Assembly (NCBI RefSeq): GCF_001194135.2
Contig: NC_068990.1
Span: 2,006,184 to 2,070,183, forward strand
Direction of reading: 5' to 3'
DNA from: Octopus bimaculoides
Taxonomy: Eukaryota
DNA: 64,000 bases
Made by a program: the position numbers and the translations under genes. The notes under the pieces were generated by a model that was given only the letters and a program-made list of their open reading frames with translations, had not been told where the DNA came from and searched no databases. Shown here piece by piece: positions 38,555-51,424 of this stretch (position 1 is the first letter of the stretch; every line of letters starts with the position of its first letter).

Positions 38555-39178
38555 TAGATATATTCATGACACGCATTCAGTCGTGACTGCTTTTGATCTT
38601 CCGTAAGCAAGCGAAAAACAAATTTTGCTGCAACTCTTTTCATTCGTAATTCCTCTCTCAGCATTCGTTTGGCGAAGCTCAAGGACACACCGGTCATATC
38701 AACAATTTCGGCAATTGTCCGGTGACGGTCCTCCGAGATCAGTTCATGAATTTTCGTGACTTTTGCATTCGTTCGGGAGTTCGACGGTCGCCCTGAACAA
38801 CGTTGGCCTTCAAGCGAAAAGTGGCCATTTCTAAAGCGCAAAAACCACTCATAAACTTGTGCTTTACTCATAGTAGCATCCTTGTAAGCTGTTTGAAGCA
38901 TGAGAACTGTTTGGGTCAATAATTTCCCCAGCAGAAAGCAAAATTGCATGGAAGTATGTTGTTCCTTCGTTCATGTATCACAAAAATCGATCGATGAACA
39001 GGGCAGAAGCACTGCATAACAAAACGCAGCACACGGCAGTCTGACACCACATGACAACGCCAATCGGCAGACTGATGCCTGAGAATCGCAACAAGTGGCT
39101 TCTAGCGGCAGAACTCTGAAATACAACGGGCTTGTTCCACAGAGAACGTACCTGATTACTTTTAGGTACCTCCTAGTG
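38505..39178 (-). mobile_element. Mariner transposon 5' half (TIR plus transposase N-terminal HTH domains), 3'-truncated
   Basis: MQFCFLLGK...TAYKDATMSKAQVYEWFLRFRNG...SGRPS...EDRHRTI...RVAAKFVFRLLTEDQKQSRLNAC (cf. WVPRLLT). Terminus TA|CACTAGGAGGTACCTAAAAGTAATCAGG is mariner-TIR-like. No DD34D core. Confidence 0.9.
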
Positions 39179-39179
39179 T

Positions 39180-39212
39180 ATACACACACACACACACACA
39201 TACACACACACA

Positions 39213-39307
<95 letters not shown>
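39180..39307. repeat. (CA)n microsatellite
   Basis: Directly visible. Confidence 0.98.
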
Positions 39308-39311
<4 letters not shown>

Positions 39312-39774
39312 AATCCAATATAAAGAAAGATTGGAAATTAAAACAAAATAACTCATGGGCGATTTTAGCAAGCTGCTGATTCAGCCAATGTAAATTATTT
39401 TAACCGTTACACTACATTTCGTCCATGTGTTAGAAAGATAATAGGAATACTTTGCATTGAAAATTCTATCGTATATCAGATAAGTGGTCGAATTCATCTC
39501 AGAATGGAAAACTGTATAATACAGTTAAAGTAACCTATGACACGCGTGTTAGCAGTGATATTCGCTGTCGTTTCTAGGTGACAGCCATGGAATTTGAAGT
39601 ATCTCTCAGGATTAAATTAGACAAACATTGTATATTGTGAGGGTCATTTTTTTGCCAATAAAACGTACACACGAGTTCTATTTCACTTATCATCCTCCAC
39701 CTCCTCTTCATTATCATCATCAACATCGTCATTGCCGTCGTCCTTATAATCAATATTACTATTAACACTAACAT

Positions 39775-40194
39775 TGCGAGCTGGCAAGATGGGTAGCATA
39801 CCGGGGGGAAACGCTTGCGGCACTTCGTTCATTTTTACATTACGAGTTAAAATTCCGCCGAGTCGACATTGCCTTTCATCACTTCAGGGTCTAAAAAATA
39901 AGTACCATTTGAGGATTGGAGTCAATGTAGCCGACATACTTCTCCGAAATTGATGGCATTGTACCATAATTTGAAACTAATTAAGGTGGTGAGCTGGCAG
40001 AGTCGTTGGCATACCGGTAGAAATGCATAGCAACATTTCGTCAGTCTTTATGTTCTAAGTTCAATTTCCACCGAGGTCGACTTTGCCTCTCATCCTTTCG
40101 GGGCCGATAAAACAAGTCCTGGTTGACCATTGAGGTCGATGTAAGCGACTACTCCTTCCCCCAAATTTCGGACCTTGTGCCTATAATAGAAAGG

Positions 40195-40195
<1 letters not shown>
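39775..40195 (+). mobile_element. Two tandem family-A SINE copies
   Basis: GCGAGCTGGCAAG (about 39777) and GGTGGTGAGCTGGCAGAG (about 39986) heads with the shared core; the second ends in an (ATT)n tract. Confidence 0.85.
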
Positions 40196-40239
<44 letters not shown>

Positions 40240-40242
<3 letters not shown>

Positions 40243-40939
40243 TAGTTTTATTTTTATAACGTGCTTTCACTTCACTACCGAGCGCAGCTCTGTGTGCCTT
40301 GGGTATGTGCTGTAGTTTGCTGTGATGCTCTTATGGTTACTGTATTGAAAGTGTTTTGCGTAGGATGTGTGCAGTGCCCATTAGTGCAATTTTCTGTATG
40401 TTATATATATTTGTAAGTCCTGGTGTTTTTGTTATGTATTTGACTGAATATTTTTTTTATTATACCTAAGNNNNNNNNNNTGGTATTGATACATCAATTA
40501 GAAAGCATTTTTTTCTTCATGATCTTTGACAACTATATCTGGTCTATTTGCCTTAATTTCTCTATCTGTGTGTATTGGCATATCCCAGAGTATGGTTGCT
40601 TTCTCGTTTTCTGTGACCTTTTCTGGCGTGTGTTTATACCATTTTTTTTTATGTTGTTATTCCATAGTGTTGGCATAGCTTCTAGTGTATATAGGTCCCA
40701 GCTCTGTGGTGTCTGTGAATATATTCCTTCTTAGCCAGGACTGGGCAGCCAGAGATAATATGATTTATTATTTCTTGTCTATCTCCACATATTCTACAGT
40801 TAGTTGTTATGTTTCTTTTCATTATATGTTTTTGGTAATTTCTGGTGGGGAGGCTTTGGTTTTGTGCAGCAATTAAAAATCCTTCAGTCTCTGCTTTGAG
40901 TCCTGAGCTTCTCAACCATTGCTGGGATTTTTCTTCGTC

Positions 40940-40940
<1 letters not shown>
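40240..40940 (-). mobile_element. R4/Dong-like RLE LINE, 3' fragment (zinc knuckle, RLE endonuclease, 3' UTR)
   Basis: GLKAETEGFLIAAQ..CRICGDRQEIINHIISGC (CCHC), ILWDMPIHTDREIKANRPDIVVKD..FLIDVSIP (PD..D) and IQKIALMGTAHILRK. (TAA)n on both sides in element orientation. Confidence 0.92.
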
Positions 40941-41004
<64 letters not shown>

Positions 41005-41694
41005 GTAGTAGTAGTAGTAGTAGTAGTAGTAATACCAGTTGTTTATTTAAGTAATCAAACGATAAATATTGAAAACATTTGCTAATCGAATGGGTAATTA
41101 ACTCTTTGATTAGCTATTCGACCAATTAATCTGTTAAGCAGTTAATTGTCATTCATTCATGGCCTAATCACCATTCACGGCCTCATCAATGGCGCACCCT
41201 CGTTACTCCAACCCTGTCACGTGACAAACCTGGAATGACAAGGGCGCATCAGTGATGAGCTCACAAAGGGCAACGAATGGACCCTAACAAACCAATTCTT
41301 TCATTTCTTGACTGATTGAATGATCGAACGGTTAATCAAACGATAAATTAGTTAATTGATTCAAAGCTTAATTAATTATCTAGTTGACAAATGATAATAC
41401 TTTCTAATTTTGACACAAGGATATACTTGATTGGAATTTTGTGTTACCATGCCCGAAAGGATGAAAGACAAAGTCGATACCAGCGGGATTTGAGTCTGCC
41501 ACGTAAAGAACCGGAAGAACTTTCACTAAACATGTTTTTCTGGGGCACTAATGATGTTGCCTGCTCGACAACTAATAATAATAATAATAATAATAGTGAG
41601 TTTATATGCATGTTGTGACTTAGTTTCAATATTATCAACTGGTCAGTTACCGAAATCTGTAAACTTGGTAGAATTCGAAAATTGTTGACAATGA

Positions 41695-43010
41695 ATAGAA
41701 AGACCACCCTAAGGCAGATGTAGAACGACTTTACTTGCCAAGAAAAGAAGATGGCCGTGACAGCTTACAATTGAATTGACACTGAAAATTGCCACAATTG
41801 GCCTAAAAGTTTATCTGAAAATCTCTAATGACTGGATTCTAAAACTTGTCTCGAAACACTAAACCAAGAATATTTCAGACTCAGTAACAAAAAAAGGTGA
41901 AGAAATATCTAAGTGAAGTCCAAATACAGCAATTCCCAGAATTAGATGTACTGGAAACAAGCATCGAAAAAGCTATACGTATGAAAACCTCTGCTAAAAC
42001 TGCCGCCTTAGTTATTCTCATTGGTAATTGGCAAGGAAAATCTCTGAATGGTAAATACTCAGAGAGCTGTTGCCCATCAATGGTTAACGTCTTTTGGCTT
42101 AAAATCAGAAACAGAAGGGTTTATCATAGCAACCCGGGATCAATGCCTACCCAGAAAAATCTACCAGGCCAATATCTTAAATCACGGCAGTAACTCAGCA
42201 TGTCATGTGCGTAAACAACAGACTGAAACCATCGATCATACTGTCTCTATGTGCCACATTCTTGCGCCCAGAGAGTAAACAGTATATTTTCTAGGTAATT
42301 TGCAAAAACCTGGACCTGCCCCATGATAAATCTGGTGGGAACCCCCACTCCAGTCCTTGAAAATTATCATATGCCATTCCTTTGGAGCTTTACTGTTCAA
42401 ACTGACGGAAACAAGACTGACATTATATTGAAGGATTTCTGACAAAAATCATGCCACCTTATTGATATGACTGTCCCAATCGACATAAATATATCTGTCA
42501 AAACCTACCAAAAATCGGAGCAAATATAAAAATCTTGAAGTCGAAATTGACAAAATGTGGAACCTACAGATTAGAACAATACCTGTTGTCATAGATGTCA
42601 TAGAATGATAGCAAAAGGGATAGATTCCTACCTTGCACAGATACCAGGGAATCCCAAATGGAAGAAATCCAAAAAATAGTACTCATGGGAACTGCCAGTA
42701 TCCTACGTAAAATATTGTCTATGTAATCCCCACAAGATTTTAATCCATAAGCAATGTCAAAATACTTTTAAGTGTACATAACAACAAACACCTTTTACTG
42801 TGATCTTATGATCACTATCATATCAAATTACATTTAAAAGTAACATAATTTTCTCGTGGTTTGACAGACATTCTCTTGAACAATACTCTGTGCAGAACCA
42901 AATATATGGCACCCTAGTCATAATACCGATTTGAACATCTAACTTTTTGTCTCTTGAGGTCTCTGAGTGAAGCTCGGAGTCAACTTGTACAAATACCAAG
43001 CAAAACCCAA
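41695..43010 (+). mobile_element. R4/Dong-like RLE LINE, decayed 3' half
   Basis: RLYLPRKEDGR, GLKSETEGFIIATRDQ, HLIDMTVPIDINIS and EIDKMWNL..RTIPVVI. Confidence 0.88.
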
Positions 43011-43089
43011 ATATATGATAATGATAATGTGAGCAACCCCGTAGTCGAAAATGGTGTTCATCTTAGGGGACACCGAACAAGTATGTATG

Positions 43090-44085
43090 ATCAATGGAGA
43101 GAAAGATGATTGTTTCAACTCACGGAACAGAGATTATGTGATCAAGCTAGAGAAATAAGAAAAAAAATCATTGGTTCACAGAAGTAAAGCTTGAAGCTAT
43201 TAGAAGACGGATATTGGAAAACAGCAGCAGAGAAAACGATGAAAATAAGTTCCTACTGATAAAAGTAATCTCATAGCAGAAAACAGAGGTGAAATATCTA
43301 ATAAACCACAGAAAAGGAACAGTGATAGTTTGTTCGATGAGAGATATATTGATGGTTTGGAAGACAATAAAACTAATGGTGACGTGACAGATGGGCAAAA
43401 GGCAATCTACGACAGAATAAAGGTAATGCTACAGGAGAACGATAGCGACATTATTTGCAACCTTAAAAAGGTTGATGGGTGGAAATTGAACCAAGAAACG
43501 AAAAATGTGAATGAAATTCTGAAATACATCAGAACAAAAAAAAAAAACACCACAGAAACAAATAATTTGATCAAGGCAACGAGTATTGTTGCAGCAGAAA
43601 ATGTGGGTGCTGAAGTCAAGAAAAAGAAATATAATGGGTGTGACAAAAGACAAGATCCATGGTGGAAAAGAAAAATACAGGTAGGGTTAGATATGCTCTC
43701 GAAGGCCATTTCTGTGTTAGACCGAAAAGAGAAGGGGGAACTTAAAAACTTATACAAAATACAGGGCACTGAACAGGAAGTATGATATTGAAGGAAAGGG
43801 CCTGAAAGTGGTAATGGAGGAATGGAAACAGCGCCTCATTGCAAAGAAAGCAAAGATGGTAAGATATCTTGACCATTGGAAGTCAAGATATTTTGAACAA
43901 ATAGCTGCACAACTGAATTCCTCGTTAAATGCCGACCAAGTAACACCAGAGTAGTTGACAATGGGTTGGACAGCCCTCTGCTTGAAAACCATCGAATAAG
44001 GCAAAACGGTAGACAATAACAGGCCGACATCCTGCTTACCACTTATTTGGAAATTATTGACTGGAATAGTCGCAGACAATAGTCT
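43090..44085 (+). mobile_element. R4/Dong-like RLE LINE, N-terminal to early RT region with deletions
   Basis: NLKKVD..KL..ETKNVNEILKYI..TETNNLIKA...DPWWKRKI, GLKVVMEEWKQRLIAKKAK..RY and [14 protein letters not shown]-like sequence at about 44030-44075. Confidence 0.85.
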
Positions 44086-44102
44086 CACACAACAACAACA
44101 AC

Positions 44103-44137
<35 letters not shown>

Positions 44138-44194
44138 TAATAATAATAATAATAATAATAATGATGATGTTGATGATGATGATAATAACCTACT

Positions 44195-44745
44195 AGAAAT
44201 GTTATCATGTACATTGCTTCGTATTGGTATAAAAGATGGGTTACAGTAAATATGCCGCTCAATATCACAGATTTGCTTATCAGTTCTTAACAAGGCTGCT
44301 TTTAGCACCATCCCCATTCTGAAAATAATTCCTAGTTTCTCAAGTCATGCATCCAACCTTTTATTAACTGCTTCCAGTGCCCCAACTACAATCGGTACCA
44401 ATTCTATGTGCCTGATTCTCCATAGTTTCCTGATTTCCCACTTCAATTGCTGATATTTCTCCACTTTCTCACTTTTATTCTCATTTATCCTGTGGTTCCA
44501 CGGTGAAGCAATATCCACAATAATTGCGTTGTTCTTTTCCACGACAACAATGTCAAGCTTTCTATCCACAATAAAATGGTCTCACTGGATGGTCATGTCC
44601 CATAAGATCTTATATTGATCCTTTTCAGCAACCTTTTCCGGTTGGTGTTAATAACATTCCTCACTTCTACTCATGTCATACTTATAACAAAGCTTTCATT
44701 GAACGAATCTGGCACTGTTGTCATGCCTTCTCTTGTACTCTTTTT
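44195..44745 (-). mobile_element. R4/Dong-like RLE LINE endonuclease-domain fragment
   Basis: ILWDMTIQ..., RKLDIVVVEKNNAIIVDIASPWNHRINENKSEKVEKYQQLKWEIRKLW...VPIVVGAL. Confidence 0.88.
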
Positions 44746-44904
44746 GGTGCGAGCATCTTGCATTCATTAATAATGTAGTATACTATTTCACCTTTCTCAT
44801 CACACAACCTACAAGGTGGGTCAGTCACTGCCTTGTCAATCCTGAACTTGATACAAATCATTCTCAGAGCCTGTTCAGGACGCTTTTCCTAGTCCATTGC
44901 CAGA

Positions 44905-44967
<63 letters not shown>

Positions 44968-45067
44968 CCTCATCATCATCATTATAATTTTGGGGGAGGT
45001 GGATTGTCGATTACATCAGTTCCAGTACTCACCTGGTACTTATTTTATCGACCCCATGAAAGGAACC

Positions 45068-45560
45068 CTAAACAAAACAGACCGAGAGATTTATACTGGC
45101 AGTGCAGGACCTAGTACTGGCTACGAACTGGAGGGTCAACCTGAGGAATGAACAAGGTTTTCCACTGTGCCGCATTTGCAATAGAGTGGATGAAACCATT
45201 GAGCATATCATGAACGAATGCCCTAGACTTGCCCCAGTCCACTACAAGTTGTGTCGACACGACCATGTAGCGAAAGTGCTATATTGGAAGCTCTGCGAAA
45301 AGTGGGGGCTAGAGAGAGGCAAGACGTGGTATGAGCACAAACCGCAGACAGTGGTGGAGTCGGAAGGCATCAAGAAGAATATAAAGGGAATTGGAATAGA
45401 GTACCCAGTAGAACTGTTACAAAAGGTTTGCCTCCTTGGCACGGCCAGAATAATCAGGGAAGTATTAGATAGCTGAAAAACAAAACAAAACGAATAGCAT
45501 GACACCATAGGCTGCGGGTAGCAAGCCCGCTATGCACGCTAGATTCCAGGAGTTCCCCAA
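45068..45560 (+). mobile_element. R4/Dong-like RLE LINE 3' fragment with an in-frame deletion of the endonuclease core
   Basis: QTERFILAVQDLVL..CRICNRVDETIEHIMNEC..RHDHVAKVLYWKLCEKWG..WYEHKPQTVVESEGIK is joined directly to KNIKGIGIE..ELLQKVCLLGTARIIREVLDS. Confidence 0.88.
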
Positions 45561-45599
45561 CAAAATATGTGATAAAGAGAAAATAATAACAATAATCAT

Positions 45600-45825
45600 A
45601 ATTATAATAATGGTTTCCAATTTTTTGCCACAAGGGGAGTAATTTTGGAGGAGGGGATGAGTCAATTACATCAACCCAGTGTTCAATTGGTACTTATTTT
45701 ATTTACCCCGAAAGGATGAAAGGTAAAGTCAACCTCAGTGGAATTTGAACTCTGAACGTAGCGACGGGCGAAATACTGCTAAACATTTCGTCCAGCGCGC
45801 TAACGTTTTTGCCAGCTCACCGTCT
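45600..45825 (-). mobile_element. Family-A SINE
   Basis: TACCCCGAAAGGATGAAAGGTAAAGTCAACCTCAGTGGAATTTGAACTC...GCCAGCTCACCG. Confidence 0.85.
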
Positions 45826-45894
45826 TAATAATAATGGGCTTCGTATATTTTACCTCAGTGTCACTTTGATGGCATGCAATGCTCTCTCACTCAA

Positions 45895-45899
45895 TAATG

Positions 45900-45933
<34 letters not shown>

Positions 45934-45943
45934 CAACAACAAC

Positions 45944-46017
<74 letters not shown>
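45895..46017. repeat. (AAT)n/(AAC)n microsatellite
   Basis: Directly visible. Confidence 0.98.
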
Positions 46018-46018
<1 letters not shown>

Positions 46019-46974
46019 CGTGAATCAGAGTCGGTGCGTGTGTTAATATTGGCAGAAAGAGCTGTCTCCAGATAGAATATCATTTGTTTCAATACAAAAA
46101 AACTTCATATCATCGGTCGTGCAAGCAGACTCATACAGATGGTACGTAAAAACATTTGTCTCAAACTACGAGACACGTATAAATCTAATATGGCGCCTCA
46201 GGTGCAGGATTATTTGTGCCATTAAAATTGAAGCACACCGACCTAAAAGGGTTCGCATCCGCTTTTCATCAGTAATGACATTTACAGCGGTTTACTCCAT
46301 TTAATAGATGTTAGATTTAGTCGCAGCTGTTGCAATGCACAATGACGTTAGATTTAAATAAATCCATCAAGTGAATTCTTAGTAATCCTTTGATCTGCTC
46401 AAAAGCTTAATATCTTTAAACTGAGAATCACAGGTTAGAGGCCATGAAAATATAAGGATTATGTTGCCGGTATAAGAACGGACTTTCCATTTAATTCAAG
46501 TATCTTAGTAAGTGCGTTGTTTAGCCCCAGGTCAGTATTGGATGAGTAAACCTATGAACGATGGTCTTTCAGGTATGCCCATTCCATCTTACGGATATGT
46601 AGGACGACATTACCCAATGTGCCCTTTATTGTTATAGTGTATGTTCGACTAATGATTATATTAATGAACGAAAAATATTGCATTAATTTTAAAACGAAAT
46701 TGAAAAGGTAAGCTGTAAATGCAGTTGACCACGATGTAAGTGAATAAGCCGGAATGCCGAACAAGCACCAAGCAGTGGACGAAGAATAAATCTATAAAAT
46801 GAGTCAACGAATAAAATATTTCACCTGATGGAGTCAGTAATGTGTCATGCGATTGGATGAACAGGCGTAAGCTGAAAGACAAACAAGTCGGAGTACGAAA
46901 ACGTCACATGATTGAATCGTGTCACGTGATTGGATGGATGAAAATAGACAATCTTTTCTTTCTACTAAAGGCAC

Positions 46975-47140
46975 AGGCTACTAGTCGATTACATCGACCC
47001 GTGTTTCACTTGTACTTAATAATCGACCTCGAAAAGATGAAAGGCAAAGTTGACCTTGGTGGAATTTGAACTCAGAATATAAAGACTCACGAAATGCCGC
47101 TAAGGATTTTGTCTAGCGTGTTAACGGTTCTGCCAGGTCA
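46975..47140 (-). mobile_element. Family-A SINE
   Basis: ATCGACCTCGAAAAGATGAAAGGCAAAGTTGACCTTGGTGGAATTTGAACTCAG core. Confidence 0.8.
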
Positions 47141-47743
47141 CTCTTTATTTCAAACTTTTGGCCATTAAGGCCTTTCTGCCAGGTCACTCTTAATAGACAA
47201 TGTTTGTGGTGAGACAACTGAGGTTGTCTGTTTTATATCTATTTAAGACAGTAGATATAATTTAAGGAAATTTGGTTCCTATTGTCCGCAAAGGTAGGGA
47301 CCACGTCTTGTTGGTTCTGTGAGCGATCCCTAAGCGATCAGTTTGTTTTTTAATCTCCATGCTGAAGAGGAGGTGACTAAACCTATTTTCGTCACCGTTA
47401 CTACCACCATCACTGAGAATGGCGCTCCTAAATATCACTCCACATACAAGAGATAATCCCTAAATTCCGTTAAATATGTTCACTACTGCATCAAAATAGG
47501 AAGGGCATATTGGACATTATCATCTGAAATATATCAAAATGTGGCATGGTCCTTAACCAGGGCTTAGCTAGAACCAAACAGGAACAAAAGCAACAATGGC
47601 AGAAGCAATGATTTGATGCTGGAAACCCTTATATAGTCAGACCATATGCTAGAAATTACAGCCCAGTCTATTTCATACTATGTGCTGCAGAGATAAGAGA
47701 TAGTAGAGGACCAGGTGCAACAAGTGTGAATGACTTTGATTTA

Positions 47744-47798
<55 letters not shown>

Positions 47799-49058
47799 CC
47801 ACCACCTTACCGTCAGTATCTCTCGCCTGCTCCCCCTACCATTACTGTCGCGACCGCCACAACTATCAGGAGCAGCTGCAATAACAGCAGCAGCAGCTGA
47901 AATAGCACCATTACCAATGACAACAATGACAACACCACAATCAACAAGAACACTGTCATCATCTTTGTTGTCGTCACTAGGAAATACGTGAATCATCTTC
48001 GTCGTCGTCGCCATCATCGTCGTCGTCATCAATAGCAAGTTACCAAACACTGCACTATAACTCGACTTCTATCAATAGCCGCCATCAATAGTGTGTTTGC
48101 AGCAGCAATAGGAATTAAATGTAATAAGATACAAAAGATGATGCTGCGATAATATAGATAGCCAAAATATTTTAGCTATTCAAAATTACATCTTAATCAG
48201 AGAGGAAAAAATATGGATTATCCAAAGATTAATTATAGAAGGTTAGTAAAAGAAAAAAGAAAATATCCCGAATTGTTAATTGAAAATCATAAATATGTAA
48301 TGCAATACAAAATGAGGCTGATCTTTGGTACAACGCTGTCAATTCAACAGTTGTGAGGGTACTCGGAGAACTAACAACGTATTTCAACCTTATTAGGCCT
48401 TCTCAGCAAAGGATCATCTATCAGGTTGTTGTTACTGATGTGTTAATTGTTATTGTTGTTGCTTAGCCCCATACCAGCCTTTATCGAAAAGATCTATGCG
48501 TTCCAAACATAGCCATCCCGTCTATTATTTTGTTTTCTCACGTATAGTCCAGGGAAAGTTACATTAACCAGTGGATACTTATTTTTCTTTTACTTTTATA
48601 CAGCAGGATGTGATTCGAGTAAGATATAGTTACTATTTTTAGCTGAGGCAAAGACCACACAAAGACTTTCTGAATAGTTTTGATAGTTATAATAGTTTTG
48701 CACATAACCAATATCAGTAAACGGTGTGATTAATATTCTCTGTGTACAATTAAAAGAAACCACTGAGGTGGTATGATTAATGACCTTTGAAGTTTAAGAT
48801 GTTAAGTATCGAAAGAGATTCAATAATGTTAAAACATAAGTCTTAGTTGTGATCTGTGATGTCGATAACGGTGATAAATTGTGCTTCTGGTTGTACGCAT
48901 TCAAGTGATCGCAGTAATGGACTTATGGCTTAGACCCTTACCAGCAAAATGGTTTCAGACACTGCGTCAGTGGTAACCATTAGATTTCTGTTGTAGAAGA
49001 TTACAATTCCATAATATATGTGCATAACTATATACATATATTCATACACACACACGCG

Positions 49059-49091
<33 letters not shown>

Positions 49092-49139
49092 TTATATATA
49101 TATATGTTTATATATATGTGTGTGTGCATAAATACATAT

Positions 49140-49590
49140 TGGCGCGGGTGTGGCTAAATGGTAAGAAGTTTGATTCTCAAACACATAGTTCCGTGTTCAG
49201 TCTCACTGCATGGTACCTTGAGCAAATGTGTTCTGCTATAGCCGCGGACCGACCAGAGACTTGTGGGTGGATTTCGTAGATGAAAATCGAAAGAAGTCTG
49301 TCGTATACACACACAGAGACACATACGAACACACACACACATACACTCGCACACACGTACACGCGCACGCGCGCACGCGCACACACACACGTGTGTTGGT
49401 GTTTTTATGTCTGTGTTTGTTCCTCACTGCTGCTTGGCAACCAGTGCTGGTGTGTTTACATCCTAATAACCTAACGGTTTGGCAAAAGACACCGATAGAA
49501 TGAGAACCTGTTTGAAGAAATTAGTCCTGGACTCGATATGTTCGACTAAAATTCTTCAAGTCAGTACTTTAGCACGGTCGTAGTCTGAAA
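49140..49590 (+). mobile_element. Family-B tRNA-derived SINE
   Basis: GGCGCGGGTGTGGCTAAATGGTAAGAAG...GTTCAGTCTCACTG head, internal CA microsatellite and shared 3' segment. Confidence 0.82.
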
Positions 49591-49721
49591 GAAATGAAAG
49601 GCACAAAGACAGTTAGATAGACAGACAGACAGACAGTTAGATAAATAGGTAGACACAACCGTCCAACCCATGCTAACATGGAAACGGATGTTGAATAATG
49701 ATGATGATGACGGTGATGACG

Positions 49722-49758
<37 letters not shown>

Positions 49759-50624
49759 ACTGACGGTGCAGAGTAGCACCTACATTGCTAGAAATAAGAT
49801 GTACAAAGCCTCTTAGTCGCGAAGAAGCACACATCTGTGTACCGAGAGAAGAACTAACCGCCCCACAGCGAGCAAGATCACCAGAGTGGAATTCTGGTTT
49901 CGCTTGAAATTAAAGTCCTTCACTAAATGGTTTCGCGAAATCCCGACTGTCAGTATATAGTATTTACCATTTGAACCAATAGTTTATTCAGCAAAATGGT
50001 AATGTGAAAATTATGAAATAACGTAGGTGGCTATAAGCAATCTGAAACCAAAAAGCAAGAATTCAATTGTCACTAATTGTAACTCATGGTGCATGGTAGC
50101 AACTACATTGCTGGAAAGAAAGGGCTTGTAAATGACCACCTACAGTCAGGACCTGATAATGTATAAGGTTAAGGCTGAAACACAACTCTTTGATGATAAG
50201 CAAGATAAAAAAAAAAAGCAATATTAACTCAAGACATTTACATTCCGAAGATGTGAGACACACCTGGACTACATTTTTTATATTTATTTGAGATCCGCAG
50301 ACAAATTTCTGCCCGAATTTGGGCAGCGGTATCCAAACTCTCACTTGCGACAAAAACCAACCACAGAGCGAATGCAGACAGAATGAATATGGCAGTAAGG
50401 TTGTTTCACCAGAATGACCATAACCAATAGGTTGAAATATCGTAAGATAGATACGAACATACATGATGGCTTTCTACTCATGACCAAGGAAAACAGTCAG
50501 GTCGGCTTCACTTGGGTTTGTAACCGTGTTTTTTGATGCTCACTGCATCGCTCTCCAACTCAACCAGGCATCTAAAACCGCCTCGTCGGTGATTGTTAGA
50601 TGACTACTATATATACATATAATC

Positions 50625-50893
50625 TGAATTTTATAGTGTTAATTATCCATCAGGGCTGGTCTTACCAATCGGTTTCGCGTGAAATTATATAATGGAGTGT
50701 TAGGTAACAAACCTGTTATATAATATATGCTCGTTAGAGACAGCCGACATAGAAAGGGACCCCTTCTATGTCAGCTACCTCTGACGAGCGTATATTATAT
50801 AATTGATTTGTTGCCTAACACTCCATTATATAATTTCACGCGAAACCGATTGATAAGACCAGCTGTGATGGATAATTAACACTATAAAATTCA
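50625..50893. repeat. Fold-back element (about 133-bp arms, almost no spacer)
   Basis: TGAATTTTATAGTGTTAATTATCCATC...CATAGAAAGG | CCTTCTATG...GATGGATAATTAACACTATAAAATTCA; the arms are reverse complements with scattered mismatches. Confidence 0.92.
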
Positions 50894-51376
50894 AACAATA
50901 TACCCACTCTACTAACAGTTATACGAGCGCATCTCCCTGACTTATGATCTCCTTGAGGACTGAAGCAGTATACATATAGTTTCAATGATGCAAAAAAAAA
51001 ATCTCTATTTTCATTGCATGTGTCTAAGTCTGTATGTGCCTCGAGTTATGATAAAAAATAAAATGTACGATGCATTGTGAAGGAATGGGTAACCGTGTGG
51101 TTCCACAATGGAATTCTTAACACTGCAGCCATGGTTGCTCCCGTGTTTACTGTGTTTCTGTATGGGATTAATAATTGTATTTGGAAAAGTTTGTTTATTT
51201 TACCGTTTGTTATTTCCTATTCTTGGTATCATTAGTTTCTGGATAATATCGATTTCTGCAATGAAGTTATTGTTGTCGCTGTTGCCTGTCAGTGTTGAAA
51301 AGATCGTTAGATGAATACGTTATTTTTTTTTTACTTCTTCTGTCTCCGGACACGGCTAGCCTTAATGATTATATAA

Positions 51377-51424
<48 letters not shown>

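Noticed and set aside
49760-50600. Possible hAT transposase debris (DAHCIALQLNQA; HDGFLLMTKENSQVG)
   Set aside because: Motifs are too degenerate to support without an HMM search.
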